This document shows, piece after piece, positions 8,872 through 16,645 of a stretch of 44,415 nucleotides of DNA. A program made the position numbers and the translations under genes. How positions within the stretch are numbered: position 1 is the first letter of the stretch; each line of letters starts with the position of its first letter. The notes under the pieces are model-generated. The model did no database searches. It saw only the letters and a program-made list of their open reading frames with translations, and had not been told where the DNA came from. This stretch comes from a virus, in the IMG/VR virus record IMGVR_UViG_3300037420_000784, positions 1 to 44,415 of that record; one strand, 5' to 3'.

Positions 8872-8990
8872 AGAACCCTCGCTGGCAAGAGGATGTGGAA
8901 ACCCCAGTTCTGTCCCTTCCAACCGAACAGCAGCGGATAGGGAGCAACGCGCTCTGGGATCATGAAGAGGTCGAAGGCGGGCGCGTTCAT
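8868..8990 (-). CDS. microprotein (40 aa), translationally coupled at both ends
   Basis: Hand translation gives MNAPAFDLFMIPERVAPYPLLFGWKGQNWGFHILLPARVL. ATGA overlaps occur with both the upstream stop (8987..8989) and the downstream start (8869..8871). Confidence 0.45.
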   Translation of the reverse strand: MNAPAFDLFMIPERVAPYPLLFGWKGQNWGFHILLPARVL

Positions 8991-9463
8991 GCTGCGGCAC
9001 TCAGCGCGACAAGTTGCGCCCCCCGGCTGACCAAGCGCGTACCAACCACCTTCAGGTCTTTGCGCTCGTCCTTGTCGAAGACGCCATCACGCGCGGCACG
9101 GGTCACAACCGCATTGTCGTCGGCATTGTCCGCTGCCAGCTCGCCCGGTGCAGGCTCGTCACCCGGGAGCCAGAACGCGCCCTGCTGGGCGGGCTGAAGC
9201 AATTCGGTGGTGAAGTCCGGTCCGATGAACGATGCCAGTGTCAACACCTCTTCAAGATCCGGCTTGCGGAAATCGGTGCTGTCGACCTGCGCCATGAAGC
9301 TTTCCAGCATCCGATCCTTGATGCCGGTGCCGTTCGAAACCTGCTTGACGCTGTAGCGCTTGCCGCGACCGACAAACATGCGCAGCGCCTCTCGGAAGCG
9401 CTCGTTTGCTGCGCTGCGGGAAATAAGCAGACCGATGTCCGCTGAATCGTTACGGTCGCTCAT
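8987..9463 (-). CDS. hypothetical protein with possible HTH (158 aa)
   Basis: ATGA-coupled. The segment YSVKQVSNGTGIKDRMLESFM is HTH-like. Confidence 0.5.
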   Translation of the reverse strand: MSDRNDSADIGLLISRSAANERFREALRMFVGRGKRYSVKQVSNGTGIKDRMLESFMAQVDSTDFRKPDLEEVLTLASFIGPDFTTELLQPAQQGAFWLPGDEPAPGELAADNADDNAVVTRAARDGVFDKDERKDLKVVGTRLVSRGAQLVALSAAA

Positions 9464-9654
9464 CTAGATGCTCCGTTATGGATGGAATTGGAATCCCGAT
9501 CGGCAAGGCTGTGAGACTGGCTTGGGCTAGGACGTGCCTGAGGATGGTTGCGACGCGCTTTGCGCTCAGCGATCAGCCATGCGACGATGACGAACAGAAC
9601 GTCGAACGCCACAATGGGCGCCAGGATCGTGAGTGCGATGTTGAGCGGGCTCAT
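9460..9654 (-). CDS. small single-pass membrane protein (64 aa)
   Basis: Hydrophobic N-terminus LNIALTILAPIVAFDVLFVIVAWLI. ATGA-coupled to the methyltransferase gene. Confidence 0.5.
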   Translation of the reverse strand: MSPLNIALTILAPIVAFDVLFVIVAWLIAERKARRNHPQARPSPSQSHSLADRDSNSIHNGASR

Positions 9655-10322
9655 GCTGCCGCTCCGAACAAGGAGCCCTGCCTTTGAGCATCCTCAATCC
9701 GCTTGCAGGCGATGTCGAAGTATTTGGGCTCGCGCTCGATGCCGAGGAACTGGCGATGCATCTGGACCGCGGCAACGCCGGTGGTGCCGGACCCCATGAA
9801 GGGATCGAGGATCATCTGAGATACGCCGGTCTTCTCAATGCACCAACGCATGATACCGATGGGCTTCTCTGTCGGATGATGACGTTCGCGGGTATGACTG
9901 GCGAGGCTCGTGTCGCGACGACAGTAAACGCCGTGTCCGCCTTTCATCCACGCAACTTCGGCGTCAGAAAGGAAAGAGCCGAAGCCAGCGTCAGAACGCT
10001 TGATCCACACCAAGGTCGTTCCGACAGGAAGACGTTCGGCGTAATGGTTGCTACCCCAGAGCACTACCTTAGGAAAAGCGAGCCAAGGAGCCGGGTCGAA
10101 CGCTTGATCGTCTTCCGCGATTGCGCCCCAATCCGATCGGCCCCGGCCACGTTTGAAGGCGCTGCTAGGCTGCCCGCCGGAGAAACGGGAACTGTCAGTG
10201 TTCCACTTCATTCCATAAGGCGGATCGGTCACGACAGCATCGACCTTGCCGAGCGTCGGCAGGATCTCGCGGCAATCGCCCAAATGGAGCACCGCGTTGC
10301 CGATATGCTCGACGCGGCTCAT
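9651..10322 (-). CDS. orphan DNA methyltransferase, beta-class (N6-adenine or N4-cytosine)
   Basis: Motif IV (VVTDPPYG) lies N-terminal of motif I (LDPFMGSGTTGVAA). No adjacent endonuclease gene. Confidence 0.85.
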   Translation of the reverse strand: MSRVEHIGNAVLHLGDCREILPTLGKVDAVVTDPPYGMKWNTDSSRFSGGQPSSAFKRGRGRSDWGAIAEDDQAFDPAPWLAFPKVVLWGSNHYAERLPVGTTLVWIKRSDAGFGSFLSDAEVAWMKGGHGVYCRRDTSLASHTRERHHPTEKPIGIMRWCIEKTGVSQMILDPFMGSGTTGVAAVQMHRQFLGIEREPKYFDIACKRIEDAQRQGSLFGAAA

Positions 10323-10744
10323 GACCGACGCTCGGAATTAAGCACCCGCGCAAAGGAGTGGGAGGACAATGCGCGGGTGCCTCCGGTCGGGGGGATGTCC
10401 GCCGGAGTATTGCTGTGATCGAGAGTATCTGCTTGGCAGAGGATGCAAAGAAGCTCGAAGTGGTCGCGACAGACCTGCGCGGGCGCGCGGGATTTGATGC
10501 GCCGGAGCGTTTCCCGGAAAGCGTCGCTTACCTCGTCATCGATCTTGCGGAAGCGGCGAGCATCCCAGCCCCATTCGTCGCGCGCGGAGGGGTCTTCGGC
10601 CAAATCGACCCAAACGCCCCATCGCGCTTTCCCCATTGCTTCAATACGATAATAATCCCCGCGCTTGGGATGCCAGTTAGCTGGATTCCCACCAGGCCGG
10701 CCGTCTACACAGATGACGACATCGCCGGGCTGGAAGCTGCTCAC
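10319..10744 (-). CDS. hypothetical protein (141 aa)
   Basis: GTG start with GTGA coupling to the upstream gene. Confidence 0.5.
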   Translation of the reverse strand: MSSFQPGDVVICVDGRPGGNPANWHPKRGDYYRIEAMGKARWGVWVDLAEDPSARDEWGWDARRFRKIDDEVSDAFRETLRRIKSRAPAQVCRDHFELLCILCQADTLDHSNTPADIPPTGGTRALSSHSFARVLNSERRS

Positions 10745-11004
10745 TTGCCTGTCTCCGGTGCTTCGGTGACCAGCAGTTCGCGCTTGTGCACCTTCTCGAC
10801 CCGATATGTATTGGGGGTCGGGAAGTGACGCAGCACCTTAAGCGCGTCCGCCTTGGTTTCGTACCACCCGTGGCAATCGGTGAACTTCCGCGCACCCGGA
10901 TCTTCCGCGCGGCAGAAGTTGCCGTCCGGCGCGAAAAATATGTCGTACTTGAGCACCCAAATAGGTGCGTCGACCATCCGCTCGATGGGTTGCCAGCCGG
11001 TCAT
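10741..11004 (-). CDS. hypothetical protein (87 aa)
   Basis: ATGA coupling to the cro-like gene. Confidence 0.5.
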   Translation of the reverse strand: MTGWQPIERMVDAPIWVLKYDIFFAPDGNFCRAEDPGARKFTDCHGWYETKADALKVLRHFPTPNTYRVEKVHKRELLVTEAPETGK

Positions 11005-11243
11005 GCCGCCTCAGCTTCGTTAGAAACCTCAGGGCGGCGCGCCTTGGATTTGAGATATGCCAGCGCCTCAGCAGACAGCGCCTCGCCCTCGATCGGCTTA
11101 ATGGCGAGCAACGCCTTGCGCCTCCAAGGCGGAATGCGCTCGTTGGCTTTCCAGCTATGTACTGTCTGGACGGGATCGCCGGTTGCCGTGGCGATGGCAG
11201 TAGCCTCGCCAAGCACCTTGAAGATGTGATCGATGACCTGCAT
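11001..11243 (-). CDS. cro: Cro-like early regulator
   Basis: 80 aa, divergent from the repressor gene and first in the leftward operon. Its ATG lies only 9 nt downstream of a GATAAT -10 box. Confidence 0.6.
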   Translation of the reverse strand: MQVIDHIFKVLGEATAIATATGDPVQTVHSWKANERIPPWRRKALLAIKPIEGEALSAEALAYLKSKARRPEVSNEAEAA

Positions 11244-11252
11244 GGCCCGACC

Positions 11253-11280
11253 ATTATCCGAAAACCGGATAGTTTGGCAA
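11253..11280 (-). promoter_or_regulatory. leftward early promoter (TTGCCA-16 nt-GATAAT)
   Basis: The minus strand reads TTGCCA aactatccggttttcg GATAAT ggtcgggcc ATG. The operator palindrome overlaps the -10 box and the spacer. Confidence 0.6.
11255..11271. promoter_or_regulatory. operator palindrome TATCCGAAAACCGGATA
   Basis: Perfect 6+5+6 inverted repeat, with near copies at 11928..11943 and 11954..11968. Confidence 0.65.
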
Positions 11281-11340
11281 GCCCCCGCGAATCCGATTTT
11301 AGCGGAGGCGGGAATTTACCCAGCCTGTCACTATGTGGGA

Positions 11341-11919
11341 ATGGATGAAGCCGCGTTTATCATATTGATGCAGGATCGAATGGCCGCCCACAAGGTGAGC
11401 CAGACCGAGCTGGCGAAGATCGCCGGCCTCCCTTCTCAGTCAGCGGTGTCCAACCTGTTCAAGGGCAAGCGGCGCTTACGGATGGACGAGCGCGCGAAGA
11501 TAGCTGCTTACCTGGGAATCGAAGAAGAGCCCAACATTCATTGGGTTCCGCTGATTGGCCTTGCATCTGCCGGCGCTTGGGCCGAAGCTACGCAAGTGTC
11601 AGGGAAATCAATTCCTATTATGCGCCGGGTTGCCGGACCCCGTGCATTTGCCGTTACCATCAAAGGCGACAGCATGAACTTGCTACTCCCCGAAGGTGGT
11701 TACGCAATCGTTGACCCTGACCAGACCAGTCTTTACGCAGGCAAGGTCTACGTGCTTGAGAACGCTGACTGCGACACCACGGTCAAGCGCTACAAGGGAG
11801 ACCCTGCCAGGTTTGAGCCGGTCTCCAACAATCCCGACCACCAACCTCTCGATTTATCCGAAACGCAGTTCCGGGTGATCGGTCGCGTTGTCAGCTATGG
11901 AAGCGACGACGGCCTCTAA
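11341..11919 (+). CDS. cI: cI-like repressor, HTH_XRE + peptidase S24 (LexA-type autocleavage)
   Basis: HTH segment VSQTELAKIAGLPSQSAVSNLFKGKR, an Ala-Gly cleavage candidate in LASAGAW, catalytic Ser in KGDSM and Lys in TVKRY. Start taken at ATG 11341. The track ORF from 11233 would overlap cro and its promoter. Confidence 0.85.
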   Translation: MDEAAFIILMQDRMAAHKVSQTELAKIAGLPSQSAVSNLFKGKRRLRMDERAKIAAYLGIEEEPNIHWVPLIGLASAGAWAEATQVSGKSIPIMRRVAGPRAFAVTIKGDSMNLLLPEGGYAIVDPDQTSLYAGKVYVLENADCDTTVKRYKGDPARFEPVSNNPDHQPLDLSETQFRVIGRVVSYGSDDGL

Positions 11920-11927
11920 ATGAAAAA

Positions 11928-11943
11928 TATCCGAAAACCGGAT
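11928..11943. promoter_or_regulatory. operator copy TATCCGAAAACCGGAT abutting the -35 box
   Basis: Same sequence as 11255..11270. Confidence 0.6.
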
Positions 11944-11971
11944 TGACAGACTAATCCGAATATCGGATAAC
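11943..11971 (+). promoter_or_regulatory. rightward early promoter (TTGACA-17 nt-GATAAC)
   Basis: A consensus -35 TTGACA at 11943..11948, a 17-nt spacer containing an operator, and -10 GATAAC at 11966..11971. It precedes the plus-strand operon. Confidence 0.6.
11954..11968. promoter_or_regulatory. operator variant ATCCGAATATCGGAT
   Basis: Perfect 5+5+5 inverted repeat with the same half-sites as the other operators. It lies in the promoter spacer and -10 region. Confidence 0.6.
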
Positions 11972-12019
11972 CCCTCCCAGAAGCAAAGCCCTCTGGCTTG
12001 CCTCTGGGAGGTTCTACCG

Positions 12020-12232
12020 ATGGCTATCTTCGCGAAAGGCGATAGCGTTACAGACAGCGCCGCCGCTGCGTATCGCTACAGGGTCGAGACTGTGCACCGC
12101 GACGGGACCTACACCGTCCAGGCTCTGTTCGCGCTCGATGAGCACGGCAAAGATCAGCCCGGCTTCCTTGGCTATCGCTATCGCGTCAGCGCCAACAATC
12201 TTGCGCCCCTCGCTCGCACGGTGTCGGCATGA
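12020..12232 (+). CDS. hypothetical protein (70 aa), first gene of rightward operon
   Basis: GGGAGG lies 8 nt upstream of the ATG. Confidence 0.55.
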   Translation: MAIFAKGDSVTDSAAAAYRYRVETVHRDGTYTVQALFALDEHGKDQPGFLGYRYRVSANNLAPLARTVSA

Positions 12233-12561
12233 CCCAGATACCCGAAGAGCTTGTAGAGCGGATGATCGCGCTGATCCGCTGTATGGCAGCAGCAGATGTT
12301 TCCCGGGTGCCAGCGGACTTGGATATCAACTGCATAGGCGTCGGAACTGACTACGACGATGCCCGTGCCATCGCAGCCCTGCTCCCCGAGTCCGTTGATC
12401 CGGACGTACTGATCGTACGCGCCGTGCTGCATGCTCACCAGCGGGCCATGACACCGCCTGACAGCGGTTGGGGTGACATGTCCTATCTCAAAGGCAGCTA
12501 CGATCATCTGCCAGTATTTGAGGCCGCTCTGGCCGCATACAGGGCGGAGTTGGGCAAGTGA
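12229..12561 (+). CDS. hypothetical protein (110 aa)
   Basis: ATGA coupling; acidic composition. Confidence 0.5.
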   Translation: MTQIPEELVERMIALIRCMAAADVSRVPADLDINCIGVGTDYDDARAIAALLPESVDPDVLIVRAVLHAHQRAMTPPDSGWGDMSYLKGSYDHLPVFEAALAAYRAELGK

Positions 12562-12761
12562 CCGGCGCTCCCGAAGAGGATGTGGGCGAGTGGATCGAGT
12601 GGGCTCGCGCTGGCGAATGCCCGGTTGATCCGAATGTCATGGTCGAGATCATGGCGGTTCTTGCAGAAGACGGCGAGCCCCGCAAGCTGTTCAAACGTCG
12701 CGCCTGGGTCAGCGCTTGGGATAACCCGCGCGTCATCGCCTACCGGGTCGTGCGGCCATGA
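12558..12761 (+). CDS. hypothetical protein (67 aa)
   Basis: GTG start with GTGA coupling. Confidence 0.45.
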   Translation: MTGAPEEDVGEWIEWARAGECPVDPNVMVEIMAVLAEDGEPRKLFKRRAWVSAWDNPRVIAYRVVRP

Positions 12762-12958
12762 ACGCCCATACGATCCGCCATCCTACCTCTGTACCCTCAG
12801 TAGAGGAACTGGCGAAGGAATATCGCCGGTTGAACCCTCCTGCGAGAGGGGCGCCGTTCCCGGAAAGCACAGAGCCTTGGGGCTGGGATGCTGGCGAGGA
12901 TGGCGATCCGTGGAGCGGCATGGAGGGTTACGGCCACGGGCTGGGGAGGACTCGATGA
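12758..12958 (+). CDS. hypothetical protein (66 aa)
   Basis: ATGA coupling. Confidence 0.45.
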   Translation: MNAHTIRHPTSVPSVEELAKEYRRLNPPARGAPFPESTEPWGWDAGEDGDPWSGMEGYGHGLGRTR

Positions 12959-13290
12959 CCGCTGACATAATCACGATGACGCCGGAGCAGATGCTTATCC
13001 TTGACCGGATGAGCGACGATCTCGGTTACCCGTTCCGCGACATTGCATCCGACACCCTCGTGCCAGAACGGCAGTGCCGACAGATCATCCGTGGTTTCCA
13101 CGCCTCTGGGCTGGCCGCCTATGGCCCGCTGTTTGATCAGGATGGACCTGGAATTCGCGGCAAAGGCTACTGGCTGACCCGCAATGGATACGAGGCGCAG
13201 CGCTTCGTGCGTCGCATAGCTAGGGCGCAACTCGCTCATCTTTTCAATCACCCTGACACCAGCCCGTTTGGGCAGCGGAGGACCGTATGA
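12955..13290 (+). CDS. hypothetical protein (111 aa), possible winged-helix
   Basis: ATG at 12955 with a GGGGAGGA RBS and an ATGA overlap. This is the C-terminal part of track ORF 12580..13290, whose upstream part overlaps other genes. Confidence 0.5.
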   Translation: MTADIITMTPEQMLILDRMSDDLGYPFRDIASDTLVPERQCRQIIRGFHASGLAAYGPLFDQDGPGIRGKGYWLTRNGYEAQRFVRRIARAQLAHLFNHPDTSPFGQRRTV

Positions 13291-13676
13291 GCAAGGATTC
13301 GGAGCGACCCCTTACGGGGCAACCGGCTGGCGGGGCTTCGCCCCCGAGCCCTTCGGTCTCGGCCCTGTCGGGCGCTCATCAGGCGCATACGCCGGGGCCT
13401 TGGCGCCACAATCAGGTTTTCAATGGCTACGAGTTGGTCAGGGATGAAATCCTGTCAGACTCAGGGGTCATAGCTGACGATATCCGTGACCCTCGGGACG
13501 CCTGCCTGATCGCCGCCGCTCCGGATATGCTGTCTGCGCTGGAAGAGGCGGATGCACGCATTTCCATGCTGCACTCAGCTCTCGATATCAGCGCTAAGCG
13601 CAATCAGGCGGGGGTTCTGGACGCCGAGCAACGCAAGCGCCGCACCGCCATCGCCAAAGCCCGAGGTCTCTCATGA
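13287..13676 (+). CDS. hypothetical protein (129 aa)
   Basis: GGAGG lies 5 nt upstream, with an ATGA overlap. Confidence 0.5.
   Translation: MSKDSERPLTGQPAGGASPPSPSVSALSGAHQAHTPGPWRHNQVFNGYELVRDEILSDSGVIADDIRDPRDACLIAAAPDMLSALEEADARISMLHSALDISAKRNQAGVLDAEQRKRRTAIAKARGLS
13344..13364 (+). repeat. 21-nt exact repeat / cUUCGg-capped hairpin (partner at 21972..21992)
   Basis: CCGAGCCCTTCGGTCTCGGCC is identical at both loci but is read in different frames (PSPSVSA versus TEPFGLG). Confidence 0.7.
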
Positions 13677-13912
13677 GCGCGCCCGAAAATCCGCAGGCAT
13701 TTCCGGGCGGCGCGCCATCGAAATACGACGGCAGCGTAGCATCAGGAATGTCCCTGCGAGATTACTTCGCTGGGCAGGCGCTGGCAATGTCCATGCCTGA
13801 CAGCCCGCAACACTTGGCTGATTGGGCATACCGAGTTGCCGACGCCATGGTCGCCGAGCGCGCAAAGGCAGTTCGTTCCCACCATTCCGATACTAAGGGA
13901 GGAGGCCTGTGA
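13673..13912 (+). CDS. hypothetical protein (79 aa)
   Basis: ATGA coupling. Confidence 0.45.
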   Translation: MSAPENPQAFPGGAPSKYDGSVASGMSLRDYFAGQALAMSMPDSPQHLADWAYRVADAMVAERAKAVRSHHSDTKGGGL

Positions 13913-14118
13913 CCAACGCTGAACTCGCGAAAGAGATTTCGGCGCGCGCGGTCATCGCCGCCGTGATTTTCGGGCTGGTTTATCTGCTCGGCGCATTTAA
14001 CGCGGCTTCTTTCGACATAACGAAATGGGACATTGGCCTTCGAGCTTTCGTGTCTTTCATGGGCGGGGTCGTCGCGCTGCTGATCAGTGCATATCCGTTC
14101 GAACGGTTCACGTCATGA
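13909..14118 (+). CDS. small membrane protein (69 aa, two TM)
   Basis: GTG start after AAGGGAGGAGG. Two hydrophobic segments. Confidence 0.5.
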   Translation: MTNAELAKEISARAVIAAVIFGLVYLLGAFNAASFDITKWDIGLRAFVSFMGGVVALLISAYPFERFTS

Positions 14119-14219
14119 TCTCCCCTCCCTCACAGGCTCAGGACGATATCTGGAAGCTTGTTGCTGCTGGGTTGGTCGTTGGGACTTTGGCTACCTGGAT
14201 TTATGAGGTGTTGAAATGA
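14115..14219 (+). CDS. membrane microprotein (34 aa)
   Basis: ATGA overlap at 14115..14118. Sequence MISPPSQAQDDIWKLVAAGLVVGTLATWIYEVLK. Confidence 0.4.
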   Translation: MISPPSQAQDDIWKLVAAGLVVGTLATWIYEVLK

Positions 14220-14581
14220 CACAGGAAAATGGCGTTACCCCTTCGGGGTCCGGGCTCTCGCCTTCGGTCGAGCCGGTTCCCGTCTCGCCGGCTGACGCCG
14301 CTTCGATCCCTAACGCGGGCGCCTTGCGCGCCGTCGCTCGCCAAATTCGGCACCGCCTCTCCGACATGGAGTTGCGACAGAACGTCTCATGGCCTTCATC
14401 GTCTCCAGCCGCAAAGACATCGGGCTACGTAATCTCCGAGGTCGCCGACTGGCAGCTTAGGCAGTGGCTCGAGATAATCGAGAATGTTGCGTCAGCGATG
14501 AGCGCGCGAAGCGCTGAGACAGCGCAGACCGGCTCAGTCCGTCAGGACGCCAGCGCGGTCCCGCTTGCGGGAGACGCCTAA
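14216..14581 (+). CDS. hypothetical protein (121 aa)
   Basis: ATGA coupling. Confidence 0.5.
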   Translation: MTQENGVTPSGSGLSPSVEPVPVSPADAASIPNAGALRAVARQIRHRLSDMELRQNVSWPSSSPAAKTSGYVISEVADWQLRQWLEIIENVASAMSARSAETAQTGSVRQDASAVPLAGDA

Positions 14582-14582
14582 C

Positions 14583-14801
14583 ATGCGCACCCCTATCCAC
14601 ACCCTCCCCTTCCTAGGTCCCGAACCTGAATACCATCATGCAAATGGGTTCATGAGGGAAGAGGGAGCGATGCCGCTGGTTCGGCTCGTGATGCTCCCTC
14701 TGGACGTGCAGATGGCCGCCCTGGAGCGCGATCTGGCTGAGTACCGCAGGCGCGCCGACGAAATCGTAAGATCACAGGAGAATACCAATGGAGGTCTTTA
14801 A
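14583..14801 (+). CDS. hypothetical protein (72 aa)
   Basis: ATG at 14583 with GGGAGA 8 nt upstream. The track ORF starts at TTG 14565. Confidence 0.4.
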   Translation: MRTPIHTLPFLGPEPEYHHANGFMREEGAMPLVRLVMLPLDVQMAALERDLAEYRRRADEIVRSQENTNGGL

Positions 14802-15543
14802 GGCCATCTCGGACGTGCAGGCTGCTTTAGCGCCGCGCGGCATCGCCAAGGGCAGGAAGAACACGCAGGGCGCCGGGTTCAACTTCCGCGGCATCGACGA
14901 CATCCTGAACGCGCTTGGGCCGCTTATGCCACAGCACGGGCTGACCGTCATTCCCCGGATGGTGGAACGCGAGATTTCCGAGCGCCAGAGCAAGAGCGGC
15001 GGCGTGCTGTTCTTCGTCACGGTCAAGGCCGACTTCGATTTCGTCGCCGTCTCGGATGGCAGCAAGATCACCGCGACCACCTTCGGCGAGGCGATGGACA
15101 GCAGCGACAAGGCCACCACCAAGGCTATGTCGGTTGCCTGGAAAAGCGCGGCGATCCTGACCTTCCAGATCCCGGTGCAGGGCGAGAATGACGCCGATGC
15201 CACGTCGCATCAGGTCAAGCCTATCAAGCAGGAAGTCGAGAAGCCTTTCCCGAACGGGCCAGCGCGCGGCCTGTCCGATCTCAAGCAGCTTTGGCGCGCC
15301 TTCTGGAGCGAGGTCGAATCCTGCGACGATGCTGACCAGCTCGATGCGCTTCTGGCCATCGAAGGCAACCGCAAGCTCATGCGCCAGCTCAAGGAGGCAC
15401 TTCCGGACTGGTGGAACGGCGGCAAGGCCAAGGGTGAGGAATATGAGGGCGCTGGGGAACGGCTAGCGAAAATCCAGACCGACTTGGCGGACAAAGCGAA
15501 CGGTGGCGACGGATGGAAGTCCGACGTGACGCGGGCCGGCTGA
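14788..15543 (+). CDS. erf: ERF-family single-strand annealing recombinase
   Basis: The N-terminal signature GAGFNFRGIDDILNALGPLMPQHGLTVIP...TTKAMSVAWKSA is typical of ERF. AGGAG RBS. Confidence 0.75.
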   Translation: MEVFKAISDVQAALAPRGIAKGRKNTQGAGFNFRGIDDILNALGPLMPQHGLTVIPRMVEREISERQSKSGGVLFFVTVKADFDFVAVSDGSKITATTFGEAMDSSDKATTKAMSVAWKSAAILTFQIPVQGENDADATSHQVKPIKQEVEKPFPNGPARGLSDLKQLWRAFWSEVESCDDADQLDALLAIEGNRKLMRQLKEALPDWWNGGKAKGEEYEGAGERLAKIQTDLADKANGGDGWKSDVTRAG

Positions 15544-15544
15544 T

Positions 15545-15757
15545 ATGACGCGCCACCCCTCCCCCAGCGAAATCCGCATGGAAGAGCTTTGCGCCCTGCG
15601 TCGCGACCTGACGGAGGACGAGCAGGCCGAGATCATGGCCCTAAAGCGCCGCATCACCAATGCGCGCTGCGTGCGTCGCCGGTACGCGCGAGACCCGCAA
15701 TTCCGCCAGAGCGAGATTGAGCGCAATCTGCGTCGCTACCGGGAGCTACGGGCATGA
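15545..15757 (+). CDS. hypothetical basic protein (70 aa)
   Basis: Tightly packed between erf and the next gene. Confidence 0.45.
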   Translation: MTRHPSPSEIRMEELCALRRDLTEDEQAEIMALKRRITNARCVRRRYARDPQFRQSEIERNLRRYRELRA

Positions 15758-16179
15758 GAGGCTATCTCGGCCCCGCTGCCCTGCGAAACCGCAAGAAGAA
15801 CGCGCCGCGCCCTGCGTGGAAAGTCACGGACAGCTATCTGTCTTGGCTCCGCAAGCGCCCGTGCTTTCTTGATGGCCGTGGTTGCGGCGTGGCCGATCCC
15901 CCGCGCCGTGCACCCGTTGAGGCGGCGCACGTGAATCACGCGGGTGATGCAGGCACGGGCACCAAGGCGAGCGATCGGTTCGCCGTGCCCTTGTGTCAGC
16001 GGCACCACGACGAGCAACATGGCAAGATCGGCGCCTTCAGCCAGCGCGGCGGATGGCCGACGTTCCAGATCAAATACGGCTTCAACGCCATCGATGTCGC
16101 CGCGGAATATTGGGCTGCATGGCTCAAGACCCCTATGGGCAAGAAGTGGCTCGCTGAAGGGGAGGACCCCCGTGGTTGA
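15754..16179 (+). CDS. DUF968-like / HNH-related protein
   Basis: The pattern [15 protein letters not shown]...AAHVNH...[19 protein letters not shown] resembles the lambdoid DUF968 Cys/His motif. Confidence 0.5.
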   Translation: MRGYLGPAALRNRKKNAPRPAWKVTDSYLSWLRKRPCFLDGRGCGVADPPRRAPVEAAHVNHAGDAGTGTKASDRFAVPLCQRHHDEQHGKIGAFSQRGGWPTFQIKYGFNAIDVAAEYWAAWLKTPMGKKWLAEGEDPRG

Positions 16180-16645
16180 CCCGAAGCGCTGCAAGCATTG
16201 CGGCGAACCGCTGCGCCAGCGGGACAACGAGCAAAATAAGGATTGGATGGGGCGCCAGAGCTGCTCTCGCTCTTGCCACGTCGCGTCCAAAAATGCGGTT
16301 CCTGTTTGGGAGAGGTTCGCCATAAATGCGCAGCTAGTACCGAGCGGATGTATCGAATGGACGGGCAATATCGATGCTGAGGGCTATGGTCGCATCGAGA
16401 CTCGCGGGATCGTTCTAGCGCATCGGCTCGCATATGTGATGCACCACGGTGCCATCCCCGATGGTCTCCTGATCTGCCACCGCTGCGACAACAGGCGGTG
16501 CGTAAATCCCCATCATCTGTTCGCCGGCACCCACCAAGACAATAGCGACGATATGGTCCGCAAGGGTCGCTCTGCCGACAATCGCGGCAGGAAGAACCCG
16601 AATTGGCGGCATGGTCTCAAGGTAAGGAGTACGCACGATGCGTGA
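16172..16645 (+). CDS. HNH homing-type endonuclease
   Basis: The segment [16 protein letters not shown]...[42 protein letters not shown] is a classical HNH_3 signature. GTG at 16172 after GGGGAGGA. Confidence 0.8.
   Translation: MVDPKRCKHCGEPLRQRDNEQNKDWMGRQSCSRSCHVASKNAVPVWERFAINAQLVPSGCIEWTGNIDAEGYGRIETRGIVLAHRLAYVMHHGAIPDGLLICHRCDNRRCVNPHHLFAGTHQDNSDDMVRKGRSADNRGRKNPNWRHGLKVRSTHDA

Noticed and set aside
12580-13290. 236-aa ORF as a single gene
   Set aside because: Its first ~125 codons overlap three better-supported coupled genes in other frames and are Ser/Arg/Gly-rich. Only the part from ATG 12955 (RBS plus ATGA coupling) is accepted.
15944-16645. 233-aa version of the HNH ORF
   Set aside because: The N-terminal 76 codons overlap the DUF968-like gene and are Arg/Ser-rich. 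The GTG at 16172 with a strong RBS is preferred.
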